Source of the DNA: Calditrichia bacterium
Lineage (GTDB): Bacteria; Calditrichota; Calditrichia; JAJRVZ01
Direction: 5' to 3'
NCBI GenBank assembly: GCA_963777955.1
Contig: CAVZSQ010000013.1
Coordinates: 546,956-610,955 of the forward strand
DNA length: 64,000 nucleotides
The stretch's first letter is position 1; every line of letters starts with the position of its first letter. A program made the position numbers and the translations under genes. Under the pieces are notes generated by a model that saw only the letters and a list, made by a program, of their open reading frames with translations, was not told the DNA's origin and made no database searches. Positions 22,281 through 33,700 of this stretch are shown here, in pieces.

Positions 22281-25200
22281 ATGACCATTACCGAAGTTGC
22301 TATTAAACGACCTTCTCTGATAATCGTGATCTTTCTGGCCTTAGGGATACTGGGTTTATTCGGGTATAACCAGTTACGATACGAATTATTACCCAGATTC
22401 AATATTCCCTTCATCAGTATCCAGACCATTTACCCCGGAGCCTCACCAACTGAGGTAGAAAGCAGCATTACCAAACCGCTTGAAGATGCTGTTTCCAATC
22501 TGGAAAAAATTGAAAACATCTTTGCCACCTCTTACGAAGGTTTGTCCCTGTTGAACATCCAGTTTGGTCGTACCGCCGATATCGATCAATCCATCCAGGA
22601 TGTACAACGCAAAATAAACAGTGTGATGGTAAACCTGCCCCGTGATGTGCGCCCGCCGGTGATTCAAAAATTTTCATTTGAAGAATTACCGGTGCTACGG
22701 CTGGCTGTTAGCAGCGATATGCCCTCCCGCGAATTTTACCAACTGTTGAAAAACCAGATCCAGCCTTTATTTGCCAAAATTCCAGGGGTGGGACAGGTTT
22801 CCCTGATTGGCGGTGATATCCGGGAAATCAGGATTAATCTGGATGCCCAGAAAATACGCGCCTATAATCTTTCTATTCCCCAGATCACCCAGATTGTCCG
22901 TGCCTCCAACCTTGATTTTCCAACCGGTGCCATCAAAGGATCTGAATCACAATCGATTGTACGCATTTCCGGCAAGTTTACTTCCATCAATGAGCTGCGC
23001 AACCTGATCATCATGCGTTCCGAACAGGGTGGAGTTGTACAATTGGGTGATGTGGCTGAAATTGAAGATGGCTTGCAGGATTTTACCTCGTTTAGCCGCA
23101 TCAACGGTAAAAATGCTGTCGGGATCAATATTGTCAAGCAATCTGATGCCAACACGGTGGAAGTCAGCCAAAGGGTCCGGGCCACTATCCAACAAGCAGA
23201 GACCCAGTACCAGAATATAAACCTGAAATTCGATATCGCACAGGACGCATCAACCTTCACCATTGAAGCTGCCAATGCGGTAAAACATGATCTCCTGATG
23301 GCCATATTACTGGTTTCAGCCGTGATGTTCTTGTTTCTGCATAGTGTCCGTAATTCGATCATCATCCTGATCTCCATTCCGGCATCCCTGGTTACGTCCA
23401 TCCTGGCCATGTGGGCTTTCGATTTTTCGCTGAATCTAATGACCCTGCTCGCCCTTTCCCTGGTAATCGGGATCCTGGTGGATGACTCCATTGTGGTTCT
23501 TGAAAATATTTATCACCATCTGGAGAAAGGGGAAGATCGTGCCGCCGCCGCCTTACGCGGTCGGAATGAGATCGGTTTTGCCGCCCTTTCTATAACTCTG
23601 GTTGACGTTGTGGTCTTTGTACCGCTTTCGGTCATCGTTGGACTGGTAGGCGATATCATGCGGGAATTCTCTATCGTCGTGGTGGCGTCTACGCTGATGA
23701 GTTTGTTTGTATCCTTTACGCTTACACCGATGCTGGCTTCCCGGTTTTCCAAATTGGAACAGGCTTCGGGGGCCTCAGCACAAACGCTATCAGGTCAGCT
23801 GGGCTATTGGTTTGAAAAGGGATTCCGCTGGATAACCGATCACTTTCTAGGAGTATTGAACTACAGTTTAACCAATGCAGGAAAGGTGCTGATAGTGACG
23901 GCGGTTATTTTCATTATCACACTGTTGTTGCCGTTTTTCGGCCTGATTGGAATGGAATTTATGAAAGAGTCGGATCAGGGATTGTTCATTGTCCGGCTGG
24001 AATTGCCCCCCGGGGCTACTCTGGAAAATACTAACCGGGTGACCATGCAGGTAGAGAAAATGATCGCGGCTATTCCCGAAGTAAAAAAGATTTTGACCAG
24101 TGTTGGGGCGGTATCGTTTGGAGCATCAGCTCCTAATAAAGCCGAATTGATGGTAACCCTGTCCGACCGCAATCTGCGCCAGCGTTCGACTACCGATCTG
24201 ACCAATGAAATTAAACTGAAGACAAAACAGATTCCCGGAACCAAAGTGTATGTCGACCAGGTTTCTATAACCGGGATGGCCGGTGGTGCACCGATCCAGA
24301 TCTGGGTTTCCAGCAGTAATCCGGATTCCCTGCTGACCACAGCCAATCTGGTAGCCGATGCCCTGCGTAGAACTCCCACGGTGAACGAAGTTACCATCTC
24401 GATGGAAATGGGCAATCCGGAAACCCGCATTGAAGTGGACCGGCAAAAGATGGCCACATTTGGATTGACCGTTTTCGATGTCGGAACAACTTTACGGGTA
24501 GCTCTGACCGGTGATGATGAATCCAAATACACGGAAGGTTCTTACGAATATCCGATCCGCCTTGTCCTGGACCGTTTTAACCGCTCTAATCCCAATGATA
24601 TTGCCAGATTACCATTCATGAACTCAATGGGACAGCAAATTGAGTTACAGCAATTCGCCCAGATTGTACAATCCAGCGGTCCGACCAAAGTCGAACGCAA
24701 GAACCGTAATTCATCATTAAACATTTCAGCGTATATTGATAATAGCATCCCACTGGGCAATGTGGTTCAGGCTTATCAGAATATCCTGGGAGACAACAAA
24801 GCACTGGGCACCAGCATCGAATTCGAAGGAGCTGAAAAAGACCGGGCAGAGAGTTTTAATCAGTTAGGTATTGCCCTGCTGGCCGCAATTTTATTCGTTT
24901 ATTTTATCATGGTAGGTTTATACGATTCTTTTGTCTACCCTTTTGTTGTGATCTTCTCGATTCCACTGGCCTTAATCGGAGCATTGCTGGCACTGGCCCT
25001 CAGCGGAAATGCCCTGAGTATTTTTTCGATTCTCGGTATTATCATGATGGTGGGACTGGTGGCTAAAAATGCAATTCTGCTGGTGGATCGGACCAATGAT
25101 AACCGGGAGCGCGGGTTGACTGTTCACGAAGCATTGATCGAAGCTGGACAGATGCGTATTCGGCCTATATTCATGACCACCTTATCGATGGTGTTTGGCA

Positions 25201-25430
25201 TGTTACCTATTGCCCTGGCCAGGGGAGCCGGTTCAGAATGGAAAAATGGCCTGGCCTGGGCCTTAATCGGAGGTTTGACCAGTTCGATGTTTCTTACCCT
25301 GGTCATTGTGCCGATCGTCTATATCCAAATCAATAAACTACGTACCAATATACCACTATTGTTTAGACATCCCTTTGCGATCCAGCGTTACAACAGGATG
25401 AAAGCACTGGCTGAGGGCAAAAAACAATAA
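22281..25430 (+). CDS. RND efflux permease (AcrB/AcrD/AcrF family)
   Basis: 1049 aa; GILVDDSIVVLENI, KNAILLVD, RIRPIFMT. Confidence 0.96.
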   Translation: MTITEVAIKRPSLIIVIFLALGILGLFGYNQLRYELLPRFNIPFISIQTIYPGASPTEVESSITKPLEDAVSNLEKIENIFATSYEGLSLLNIQFGRTADIDQSIQDVQRKINSVMVNLPRDVRPPVIQKFSFEELPVLRLAVSSDMPSREFYQLLKNQIQPLFAKIPGVGQVSLIGGDIREIRINLDAQKIRAYNLSIPQITQIVRASNLDFPTGAIKGSESQSIVRISGKFTSINELRNLIIMRSEQGGVVQLGDVAEIEDGLQDFTSFSRINGKNAVGINIVKQSDANTVEVSQRVRATIQQAETQYQNINLKFDIAQDASTFTIEAANAVKHDLLMAILLVSAVMFLFLHSVRNSIIILISIPASLVTSILAMWAFDFSLNLMTLLALSLVIGILVDDSIVVLENIYHHLEKGEDRAAAALRGRNEIGFAALSITLVDVVVFVPLSVIVGLVGDIMREFSIVVVASTLMSLFVSFTLTPMLASRFSKLEQASGASAQTLSGQLGYWFEKGFRWITDHFLGVLNYSLTNAGKVLIVTAVIFIITLLLPFFGLIGMEFMKESDQGLFIVRLELPPGATLENTNRVTMQVEKMIAAIPEVKKILTSVGAVSFGASAPNKAELMVTLSDRNLRQRSTTDLTNEIKLKTKQIPGTKVYVDQVSITGMAGGAPIQIWVSSSNPDSLLTTANLVADALRRTPTVNEVTISMEMGNPETRIEVDRQKMATFGLTVFDVGTTLRVALTGDDESKYTEGSYEYPIRLVLDRFNRSNPNDIARLPFMNSMGQQIELQQFAQIVQSSGPTKVERKNRNSSLNISAYIDNSIPLGNVVQAYQNILGDNKALGTSIEFEGAEKDRAESFNQLGIALLAAILFVYFIMVGLYDSFVYPFVVIFSIPLALIGALLALALSGNALSIFSILGIIMMVGLVAKNAILLVDRTNDNRERGLTVHEALIEAGQMRIRPIFMTTLSMVFGMLPIALARGAGSEWKNGLAWALIGGLTSSMFLTLVIVPIVYIQINKLRTNIPLLFRHPFAIQRYNRMKALAEGKKQ

Positions 25431-25442
25431 AGAGGTAACAAA

Positions 25443-27891
25443 ATGAACAAGAGTTTTGTTGTTATTTCCTCGTTAATTATTTTGTTATTAAATATTTCCT
25501 TCTCCAAAGCTCAAAATTCATCAGCGGGCCTGGGTTTGCGCATCGGTGTAATTTTCGATGGCCCCTGGGATAAAAACCAGGAACTCTTTGAACTGATCAA
25601 GAAAGAAGTTACTGAAGTTGCCATCGGCAATTATAAAATCATATTTCCTGCAGACAAATGTCTGACGGGTGACTGGAGCGTGAACGGCGTCCGAAAACTA
25701 AATGAGCAATTATTAACTGATCCCCAGGTGGACCTGATCATTGGTTTCGGAGTTTTTTCTTCCCAGGATCTGGCCCGGCGTGGATCCCTCCCCAAACCGG
25801 TCATCGCCCCGATCGTGATCAATCCTGAAAAACAGTATATTCCCATTCAGGGAGGTACCAGCGGTATCCATAATTTGAATTACCTGGTTTACCCCCAGAC
25901 CTTTATCCGCGATTTTTCCCTTTTCAGGGAAATGGTTCCCTTTAAAAAACTGGTTTTCCTGACCAGCAAACGTTTCCATGACGGCGTTCCCCCTACCCGC
26001 CCGGATGATGAAGAAATAAGCAAGACACTTGGATCCGCTTTTATTACCATCCGGTTTGACGATTTTGCCGAACAAGCACTGGCAGCCCTTCCGGCAGATG
26101 CCGATGCCGTTTACCTGGATGTTATCCCCTTGTCCAGGAGTGAATTTGAAAAATTGGTGCGCGGACTGATTAAACGACGATTGACCAGTTTTTCGTCCAT
26201 AGGAGAAACAGAAGTACGTGCCGGCATCATGTTTGCCGCCAACCCGGATATTTTCCCGCGTATGATCCGGCGTATTGCCTTGAATATTCAACGCATCATG
26301 ATGGGAGAAGATCCTGGTTCACTGGCAGTGAACTTTCCAGCCGGGAAAAAATTGTACATTAATGTAACCACCGCTAATTCCATCGGTATCTTTCCCAAAT
26401 GGACCACCCTGCTGGAGGCAGAATTAATCGATCCGGTTACACCCGAACCTTCGGCGCTTTCATTTACCTTAGCCAGTGCCATGCAGCGGATCAGTACAGA
26501 AAACCTGGATGTTCAATCTAAAATGAAGGAATTGAACACACAACAGAAGAACATAGCTCTGGCCCGTTCTATCCTGTTGCCCCAGATTAATCTGAACGCC
26601 ACGGGAGTCCAGATCGACCAGGATCGGGCGGCTGCCGCATACATGCCGGAGCGAAGTGCTGCGGCAGAAATCAGTTTGAATCAAGTTCTATTTTCAGAAT
26701 CCGCTTTGGCAAATCTTAGTATTCAGTCTTCTCTGTATCGGGCTAAGGAAGATGAATTTGAAGTCAACCGCCTGAACAATATCGTGGACGGTGCGACGAT
26801 TTATCTGAATTACCTGCGGGTGAAGAAAATATACTTAACCTTGCTTGATAATCTGAGAGTAACCCGCTCCAATCTTGAACTGGCTCAAATCCGGCAGAGT
26901 ACCGGGGTCGCCGGAGCGGAGGAGCCCTTGCGCTGGGAAATAGAGATTGCCCGGATGCGACAGGATGTTATGGCATTGCATTCGCAGATGAATCAAACCG
27001 GTTTGGTCCTGAATCAAATACTGAATCTGCTGCTCATTCAGCCATTGAATCCTGCTGACCTGGCCATCGATGATGCCACCTTGTTCATTTCCGACAAAAA
27101 ACTGCAAAGTTACCTGGAGGATCCATTAAGTCTGGCCATCCTTACTGAGTACATGGTCAAAGAAGGCCTGGACCGGGCCCACGAATTGCATCAACTGGAC
27201 GCGGTTATTCAGGCTCAGCAGCGCGCACTCACCTCCTCCCGTAACGCCTTTTTTCTGCCGACCATCGGTGCATTCGTACGCTATACTAATAACTTTTATA
27301 AATCATCGCAGCCTCAGCCTTTTCAGGCTGAGTGAAATCCCGGCACCTCCGGCCGGCCTGGATCCTGATGTTCCCCTGTACCTGGGCCGGTTATTTTCAG
27401 CAGTTACACCGGCTCTGCCGGATCGTCATGATTGGACGGTTGGAATTCAATTTTCGTTCAATTTATTTAGTGGTTTATCCAAACTGGCCAATGAACAAAA
27501 AACCAGGGAACAATTAAAGCAATATCAGTTACAACGCCAGGCCACAACCGACAGGGTGGCCTTGAGGATCCGCTCGGAAATGCAGAATGCAAAATCGACC
27601 TACTTTGCCATTCAGCAAACCCGCCTGCGACTGGAAGCAGCACGAAAAACAATCGATCTGGTGACGGATGCTTATTCCCGCGGTGCTGTCTCCATATTGA
27701 ATCTACTGGATGCCCAGAACGCCCAATTATATGCGAATCAATTAACCATCCATGCGTATTATGATTTTATGATCACCTACTTTCAATTACAACGGGCTCT
27801 GGGACAATTTGATCTGCTCATGACTCCGGAAAAACGGGATGAGTTTCTACAGAAATTAATCCAGTTCATGGAAACCACCCGTAAACCTTGA
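25443..27891 (+). CDS. TolC-family outer-membrane protein with a large N-terminal substrate-binding-like domain; frameshift near 27328
   Basis: Efflux-channel repeats begin near aa 340 (FTLASAMQRI...LLPQINL). The C-terminus continues in the 27268-27891 frame (YSRGAVSILNLLDAQ). Confidence 0.8.
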
Positions 27892-27911
27892 TGCCAGACT
27901 GCCAGGCAACT

Positions 27912-28877
27912 TTACAGTGCTGGCACTAAAGGTTTCTGCCAGAATAAGTACTCATCGTTAATGTAAATGATCTTCTTCCCTTTTTTGGTCATTTGAGGTT
28001 CTTGCAGAAGTTCTTCGCGATACCCGTCGGGAATCAATTCGAAATAGACCCTGTCCGGCTTTGATTGTTGGTCGAACATACTGTTCTGCGGGCATCGAAT
28101 CTTGAAGATGAAATCCGACAGGAACCAGGTATAGTCCGATCCATCAATGAAGTTTTGTAAATTATCCCATGCTTTCGTTAAGCCACTTTGGCCGGTATTT
28201 ACAACATTCTTCACCACCAAAGGATCGCTTGCTATTAAACGGCTTCGAATTTCCGCTGCTCCCAGAATGTTTCCATTTTCATCCGTCATATAGACGCCAA
28301 AATCCGGATCCATGAGAATCCATTTCCCCAGAATGCGCGAGTAGACCGATGTGATGAAATGGCTTTCATCCTCCTCGTTTGAATGGGGCAGAAGGTGTGT
28401 CTGGCGGGAATAGAATCCCATGGCCAGGAAAACCTCGTTTAAGATGATTGTCTTCATGTAGCAATTGATCGTTTTGTGCTCAACTTGCGCCAAACGAATC
28501 AAATTAAAGGCGTTTAACTCTTTCGGGATTTCAGGTTCATTCGCATGCCCGGTCAATTGAAACACCCAACCCGTCAGTTTAATGATCTGATCGGTTTCTG
28601 AACCCTCAGCGGCGACCGTATCCAGATCGTATGTGTCGCGCAGTTTTCTGAGATTGCTATCCGTTGGAGCAGCGTATTGGAAATTCACATCGACGGGATA
28701 TCCCGGGTGTTTTGCCGAGAAGGTTGAGTGCTTTCTCAAGAGGTCTGTCCATTCCATTCCCAGGGTCACATTTTGACTGCGATTGTGAGCTAAAGGAATG
28801 ATATAGACGGCAGACACTATCACTACGGCCACAATCCCGGTTGCACTGAATAATGTTTTAATACTTTTGGTTTTCAT
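27912..28877 (-). CDS. Transglutaminase-like domain protein
   Basis: Cys-His-Asp pattern INCYMK...SHFITSVY...KWILMDPD. Confidence 0.75.
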   Translation of the reverse strand: MKTKSIKTLFSATGIVAVVIVSAVYIIPLAHNRSQNVTLGMEWTDLLRKHSTFSAKHPGYPVDVNFQYAAPTDSNLRKLRDTYDLDTVAAEGSETDQIIKLTGWVFQLTGHANEPEIPKELNAFNLIRLAQVEHKTINCYMKTIILNEVFLAMGFYSRQTHLLPHSNEEDESHFITSVYSRILGKWILMDPDFGVYMTDENGNILGAAEIRSRLIASDPLVVKNVVNTGQSGLTKAWDNLQNFIDGSDYTWFLSDFIFKIRCPQNSMFDQQSKPDRVYFELIPDGYREELLQEPQMTKKGKKIIYINDEYLFWQKPLVPAL

Positions 28878-28952
28878 TTTTTACTTTTCTCTTTAGTGAT
28901 CGATGATTGGTTATTCTTCACTACGTCCCGATAGTTGATCAGGAGTAATGCA

Positions 28953-30059
28953 CTATCTGGATACCTGGTCTTGATTTAATTTAGCCGTTTCATATTTCCA
29001 GAAATAATTCATCCCCTCCACCATTGGTGGATAGTTGATCAACTTATCGATCCGGCCGCCCCAGATCGTGTAAAGATGTCCCAACATCCCGACATTATTC
29101 TGCTGAATGCTGTACCGAATCAGGGCCTGCGAAGCATCCACATTCCGCCAGCTGGCTGGTAATACCCGGAATCCTTTTTCCAGGAACATAGGAATAGACG
29201 GATAGGCTTCCATTTTTTCATAATGCCAGTCACAGATAATGATATCATTAGGGATCAGATCAACTGCAGCTGCAGTTCCATTACAGGAGGCCTCCCATTC
29301 CCCATAGGGATATTTCAGACAGTCAATCAGACGATCTCCCCACATCAACATCTCCACACCCCTGTTTCCGACCAGATGTTCGTGATAATCTTTAATGGCA
29401 TTTGCAAAAACCACGGCCGGATCCATCTGATTGGTTGCCTTGGCATACTCGCTCTTGATCAGAAAAACTTCATCCATACCAACATGAAAAGCATCCGCCG
29501 AAAAGGCATCGATCAGTTCATCCATTAAATCAAAAACGATCTGTTTTAGTTTAGTATCAAGTGGATTCCACTCCCGGCAGTATAACCCCTTATTGCCGGG
29601 AAATGCTCCGGGTGTTAAATCAAATTCTGGATAGATGGTTAACATGGGAAAAGTCTGCTCCGCCCATGACTGGTGACCAAAGCACTGAAATTCAGGTATC
29701 AGCCGTATGCCATGCTCGCGGCAGCTTTGAGCTATTTTCTGAGCGGCCGGTTTCGTAATCGGCGTATTACCCTGCCGTAACTCAGGATGGGATTGAAAAG
29801 AAAAAGCATAGTCCACTTCCAGGATCAGGGTATTAATTCCGATCCGTTCCAGCTCATCCAGATAAGTCCCCAATAACTCCAGATCTGCATCGGTTGTATG
29901 ATTGAGTAAATGCAAGGCATACCATTGCACGGTAGGTTTGGGAAAACTCTGATACTGGTACGTAAAGCGGGGTGCACAGCCCCAAAATGACAGGAACAAC
30001 AAGATACATACCTGCAAGTAAATCTTATTCGCGATATTTTTAGTAAATCGTATTTTCAT
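28953..30059 (-). CDS. GH20-like beta-N-acetylhexosaminidase, probable lipoprotein
   Basis: FWGC lipobox-like signal, LIPEFQCFGH, FHVGMDE motif. Confidence 0.8.
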   Translation of the reverse strand: MKIRFTKNIANKIYLQVCILLFLSFWGCAPRFTYQYQSFPKPTVQWYALHLLNHTTDADLELLGTYLDELERIGINTLILEVDYAFSFQSHPELRQGNTPITKPAAQKIAQSCREHGIRLIPEFQCFGHQSWAEQTFPMLTIYPEFDLTPGAFPGNKGLYCREWNPLDTKLKQIVFDLMDELIDAFSADAFHVGMDEVFLIKSEYAKATNQMDPAVVFANAIKDYHEHLVGNRGVEMLMWGDRLIDCLKYPYGEWEASCNGTAAAVDLIPNDIIICDWHYEKMEAYPSIPMFLEKGFRVLPASWRNVDASQALIRYSIQQNNVGMLGHLYTIWGGRIDKLINYPPMVEGMNYFWKYETAKLNQDQVSR

Positions 30060-30120
30060 ATCTTTACCTCCGGTTTAGATGGATCTTATCATTTGAGAGT
30101 ATTCAACGGAAAAGTACCTT

Positions 30121-31368
30121 TTACAATTTTAACCATAATCCCATTCGACGCAGACCACCGGCCAGCCAGGTCATGGTAAAGGCGAACAGAATCGAACGCC
30201 AGAAACCTATGGCAAAACCATTACCTAACCAGCCATACCAGTCAAAACCGCCAAAAAGTTTCGCGCTGAGGGTAAAGCAGGAATAACAGATAGGAGCAAG
30301 GATATAAGCAAACAATGCATTCGCACCTGCCGGTTCCAGCAGGATTTTCCACTTTTTCCAGCCCCTTACATCAATCAACCAGTAAATCAGCAGCCAAATC
30401 CATACAGTAATAGCACTGCTCCATAGACACCAGGGTGGTGTGGCAAAAATTTTGTTGATAATGAACATCTGGTGCAGTCCATTGAGGGAATGCAATAATG
30501 TGGCTGCCACTGCCAGACCCAAACCATACCAAAATGCCCAGCACATCCGGCTGCGGTGGGAACTGACCGGCGAGACTGGAGATAAGATCAATCCTAAAAT
30601 CAACCCGGCAACCACAATCCCTGCATGGGAACCAAGCATCGATCCAATATCAATCCAGGGAAATACTCCTTCCACACTTTTAAAAAATCCAACCTGATCT
30701 GCCAGATAAACAGCATACAATAAAGCCATGACCCCCAGCAGGCCGGTGAGATTTTTACGCAGTGGAATGTAGGCTAAACAGCTTACCAGGTAAGCCCAGC
30801 CGATTAAACCGATAATACCCCACCACTGTGGACGCAGTTCAATCAGCTCTTTTTCACCGGATCCTCTATAAAGTAAGGCGCAGAGGAGCAGGATCACTAT
30901 ACCCAACCAGTGCAAACCTTTTTGAAACAGATTACTGACTTTAGGGTTTTGTGATGGAACTTTCCAGATTAAAATGACACCAGTATACATGAGAATATTC
31001 CACAGATCAGGATTCACCCGCCCCGCAGCTGAAATTGTCTCGCTGTTCACCATCAAAACACCAATAATCAGCAGGGCCATAGTACGGCTGAGTATATGTT
31101 TCCAGATGGGCAGCAGCGCTTCCCCTTTTTCCAGACGCCGGCCAATGGCAAACGGGATAGCCATACCCACAATAAAGAGGAATGCCGGAAAAACGATATC
31201 AACAAAAGTCATACCGTCAGCATTACCGGGAGCAATATGTTTCATCCAGGCGGGGGTGCCAACAACACCGGCAATATCGTTTACGAATATCATGACCAGG
31301 ATAGTCAGTCCACGCAAGATATCAATGGACTCGATGCGCGCACTACGGATATCTTCAGTGGGATTCAT
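30121..31368 (-). CDS. DUF5009/HGSNAT-like (NagX-like) membrane acyltransferase
   Basis: RIESIDILRGLTILVMIFVN, TFVDIVFPAFLFIVGMAIP, INKIFATP. Confidence 0.85.
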   Translation of the reverse strand: MNPTEDIRSARIESIDILRGLTILVMIFVNDIAGVVGTPAWMKHIAPGNADGMTFVDIVFPAFLFIVGMAIPFAIGRRLEKGEALLPIWKHILSRTMALLIIGVLMVNSETISAAGRVNPDLWNILMYTGVILIWKVPSQNPKVSNLFQKGLHWLGIVILLLCALLYRGSGEKELIELRPQWWGIIGLIGWAYLVSCLAYIPLRKNLTGLLGVMALLYAVYLADQVGFFKSVEGVFPWIDIGSMLGSHAGIVVAGLILGLILSPVSPVSSHRSRMCWAFWYGLGLAVAATLLHSLNGLHQMFIINKIFATPPWCLWSSAITVWIWLLIYWLIDVRGWKKWKILLEPAGANALFAYILAPICYSCFTLSAKLFGGFDWYGWLGNGFAIGFWRSILFAFTMTWLAGGLRRMGLWLKL

Positions 31369-31613
31369 GGGAAACTCCAGGTTTAGGTAAATGGACATAT
31401 ATCGGGTAGAAAACTATATTTTAATTTGAAATTTTTGATCTATTCCTTGGCCATACCTCAAATGAAAAATCCAAACAAATTTACGCACTATAATATAATA
31501 ATTTTGTAACCAAGATGTTATATCAAGTTGGGTCTGGACGTATTGCTTGATTATTATTACTGCCCTGATTAGGTTTGAACGAGATTAACTGTATTCAAAC
31601 TCGGATGTGATCT

Positions 31614-33519
31614 ATGCAAAATCTAAACTGGTTGGATCTTATAGTTATCGGTGTTTATTTCATTGCTGTATTTGCCATTGCCGCTTACTATACACGTCGG
31701 GCCGGGAAAAATACCGGCGAATTTTTCCTGTCTGGGCGTAATCTGCCCTGGTACATTGCCGGGACAGCGATGGTTGCCACCACTTTTGCTGCCGATACAC
31801 CATTGGCCGTTACCGAGCTGGTGGCCCGGAACGGTATCGCTGGTAACTGGTTATGGTGGAACCTGGCTATTGGTGGTATGCTCACTGTCTTTCTGTTTGC
31901 CCGTCTATGGCGCCGGGCACGAATCATGACCGACGTGGAACTGGTGGAACTGCGTTACTCTGGTAAAACCGCTGCGGTTTTGCGCGGCTTTCGCGCTCTT
32001 TATTTAGGCCTGTTCATGAATGCCATCGTCATGGGCTGGGTGAACAAGGCTATGGAAAAAATCTTTAAAGTTGTCATCCCGGAAATGGATCCTTTCCTGC
32101 TGGTAGTTATTTCGGCTGGCATTGTTGCGTTGTATGCTTCCGCTTCCGGACTGCTTGGTACTGCCCGCACCGATAGTTTCCAGTTTGCTTTTGCCATGCT
32201 TGGTTGTATTGTCCTGGCCGTCATCGTGGTTCAACTGCCGGAAATAAATGGTATCACCAACCTTAAAAGTAAACTAGCTCCGCAGATACTGGATTTCCTG
32301 CCGCGTATTGGTGATGTGAGTGCAGGGGGTATAACCGGCGGTGCCTTGGCCATTACATTTGGTGTTTTTGCAGCCTATGTGGGTTTGCAGTGGTGGTCCA
32401 GCTGGTACCCGGGATCAGATCCGGGTGGAGGTGGCTATATCGCTCAACGCATGATGTCAGCGAAGGATGAAAAACACAGTTTGCTGGCAACCCTGTGGTT
32501 TACGATTGCTCATTATACCCTTCGTCCCTGGCCCTGGATCCTGGTGGCCTTGGTCGCCCTGGTCTTATTGCCACGCGCAGAGAATGTTCAGAGTATCCGC
32601 TTACAAAATCCCATCCTGTATGAACAGGTAGTCCAGGCGTATAATGATAACTCCCTGCTTCCTGGCGGTGATGCTGCTTATCCATCCTCCGAGTTCAAAC
32701 TGATGTATGAGCAATATGAGAATACCGTCGATCCGGGTATCATGTATCCCAAGTTGATGTTACACTATCTGCCGGCCGGTCTGCTGGGCCTGCTGATCGC
32801 TGTTTTTCTGGCTGCCTACATGTCTACCATCGCTTCCCAGTTAAACTGGGGGACCTCCTACTTGATCAATGATTTTTACCGCCGGTTTGTCAGACGGCGG
32901 GCAGATGAACGGCACTATGTTTTCATATCAAGAATTGGAATCATCCTGATGACTGTATTCTCGCTGATAGTCACTAATTTCCTGACCACCATTTCCGGGG
33001 CCTGGGAATTCATTATTAATGCCAGTGCCGGGATGGGGACAGTGCTGATTCTGCGCTGGTATTGGTGGCGTATTAATGCCTGGTCTGAAATCGCGGCCAT
33101 GATCGCTCCGCTGATTATTTATCCTCTAGCTCGTTACACTATGCATTTACAACCACCGTTAACTCTTTATCCCACAGTTCTTGGTACCACTATCGTCTGG
33201 TTGGTTGTGACCTATCTCACCAAACCAACGGAGGAAAATAAGTTAATTGAATTTTACCGGCGGGTATACCCGGGTGGTAGAGGATGGAAACATATTGCCG
33301 CACAGGTGACCGATAGTCAAAGCGGAAAAAAAATTATCAAATCCGCTCCTGAATTGGGTGCTGGGGATCATCCTCGTTTATGCTTTTCTTTTTGGGGCGG
33401 GCCAGATCATCTTTGCTGAATATGTGTCGGGACTGATTATCCTGACCATTGGATTCATCGCTGCCTGGATCATCTATTTAAATTTAAAAAAGAGCGGATT
33501 TGAATCAGTGCTGAAGTGA
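31614..33519 (+). CDS. Sodium:solute symporter; frameshift in the A-run near 33326-33334
   Basis: EFFLSGRNLPW, ATTFAADTPL, YIAQRMMSAKDE. The C-terminal helices continue in another frame to TGA at 33519. Confidence 0.92.
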
Positions 33520-33700
33520 GAAGCATAAAAAGTTAAAAAGTGAAAAGGTACCGGCAGTCAGGGCAAATAGTGATCATTGATTCATGGCAGAGAATTAATT
33601 TTTTATTTTTCCTGCTGTCCTGAATTATGGAATTTTGCATAAATAACATCCAATAGCGGTGTCATGATGTACAATAATTTCCCGCTGACTATTCTCCTTA

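Noticed and set aside
33326..33334. A-run at the symporter frameshift as phase variation or programmed frameshifting
   Set aside because: Cannot be distinguished from homopolymer error given the window-wide indel rate.
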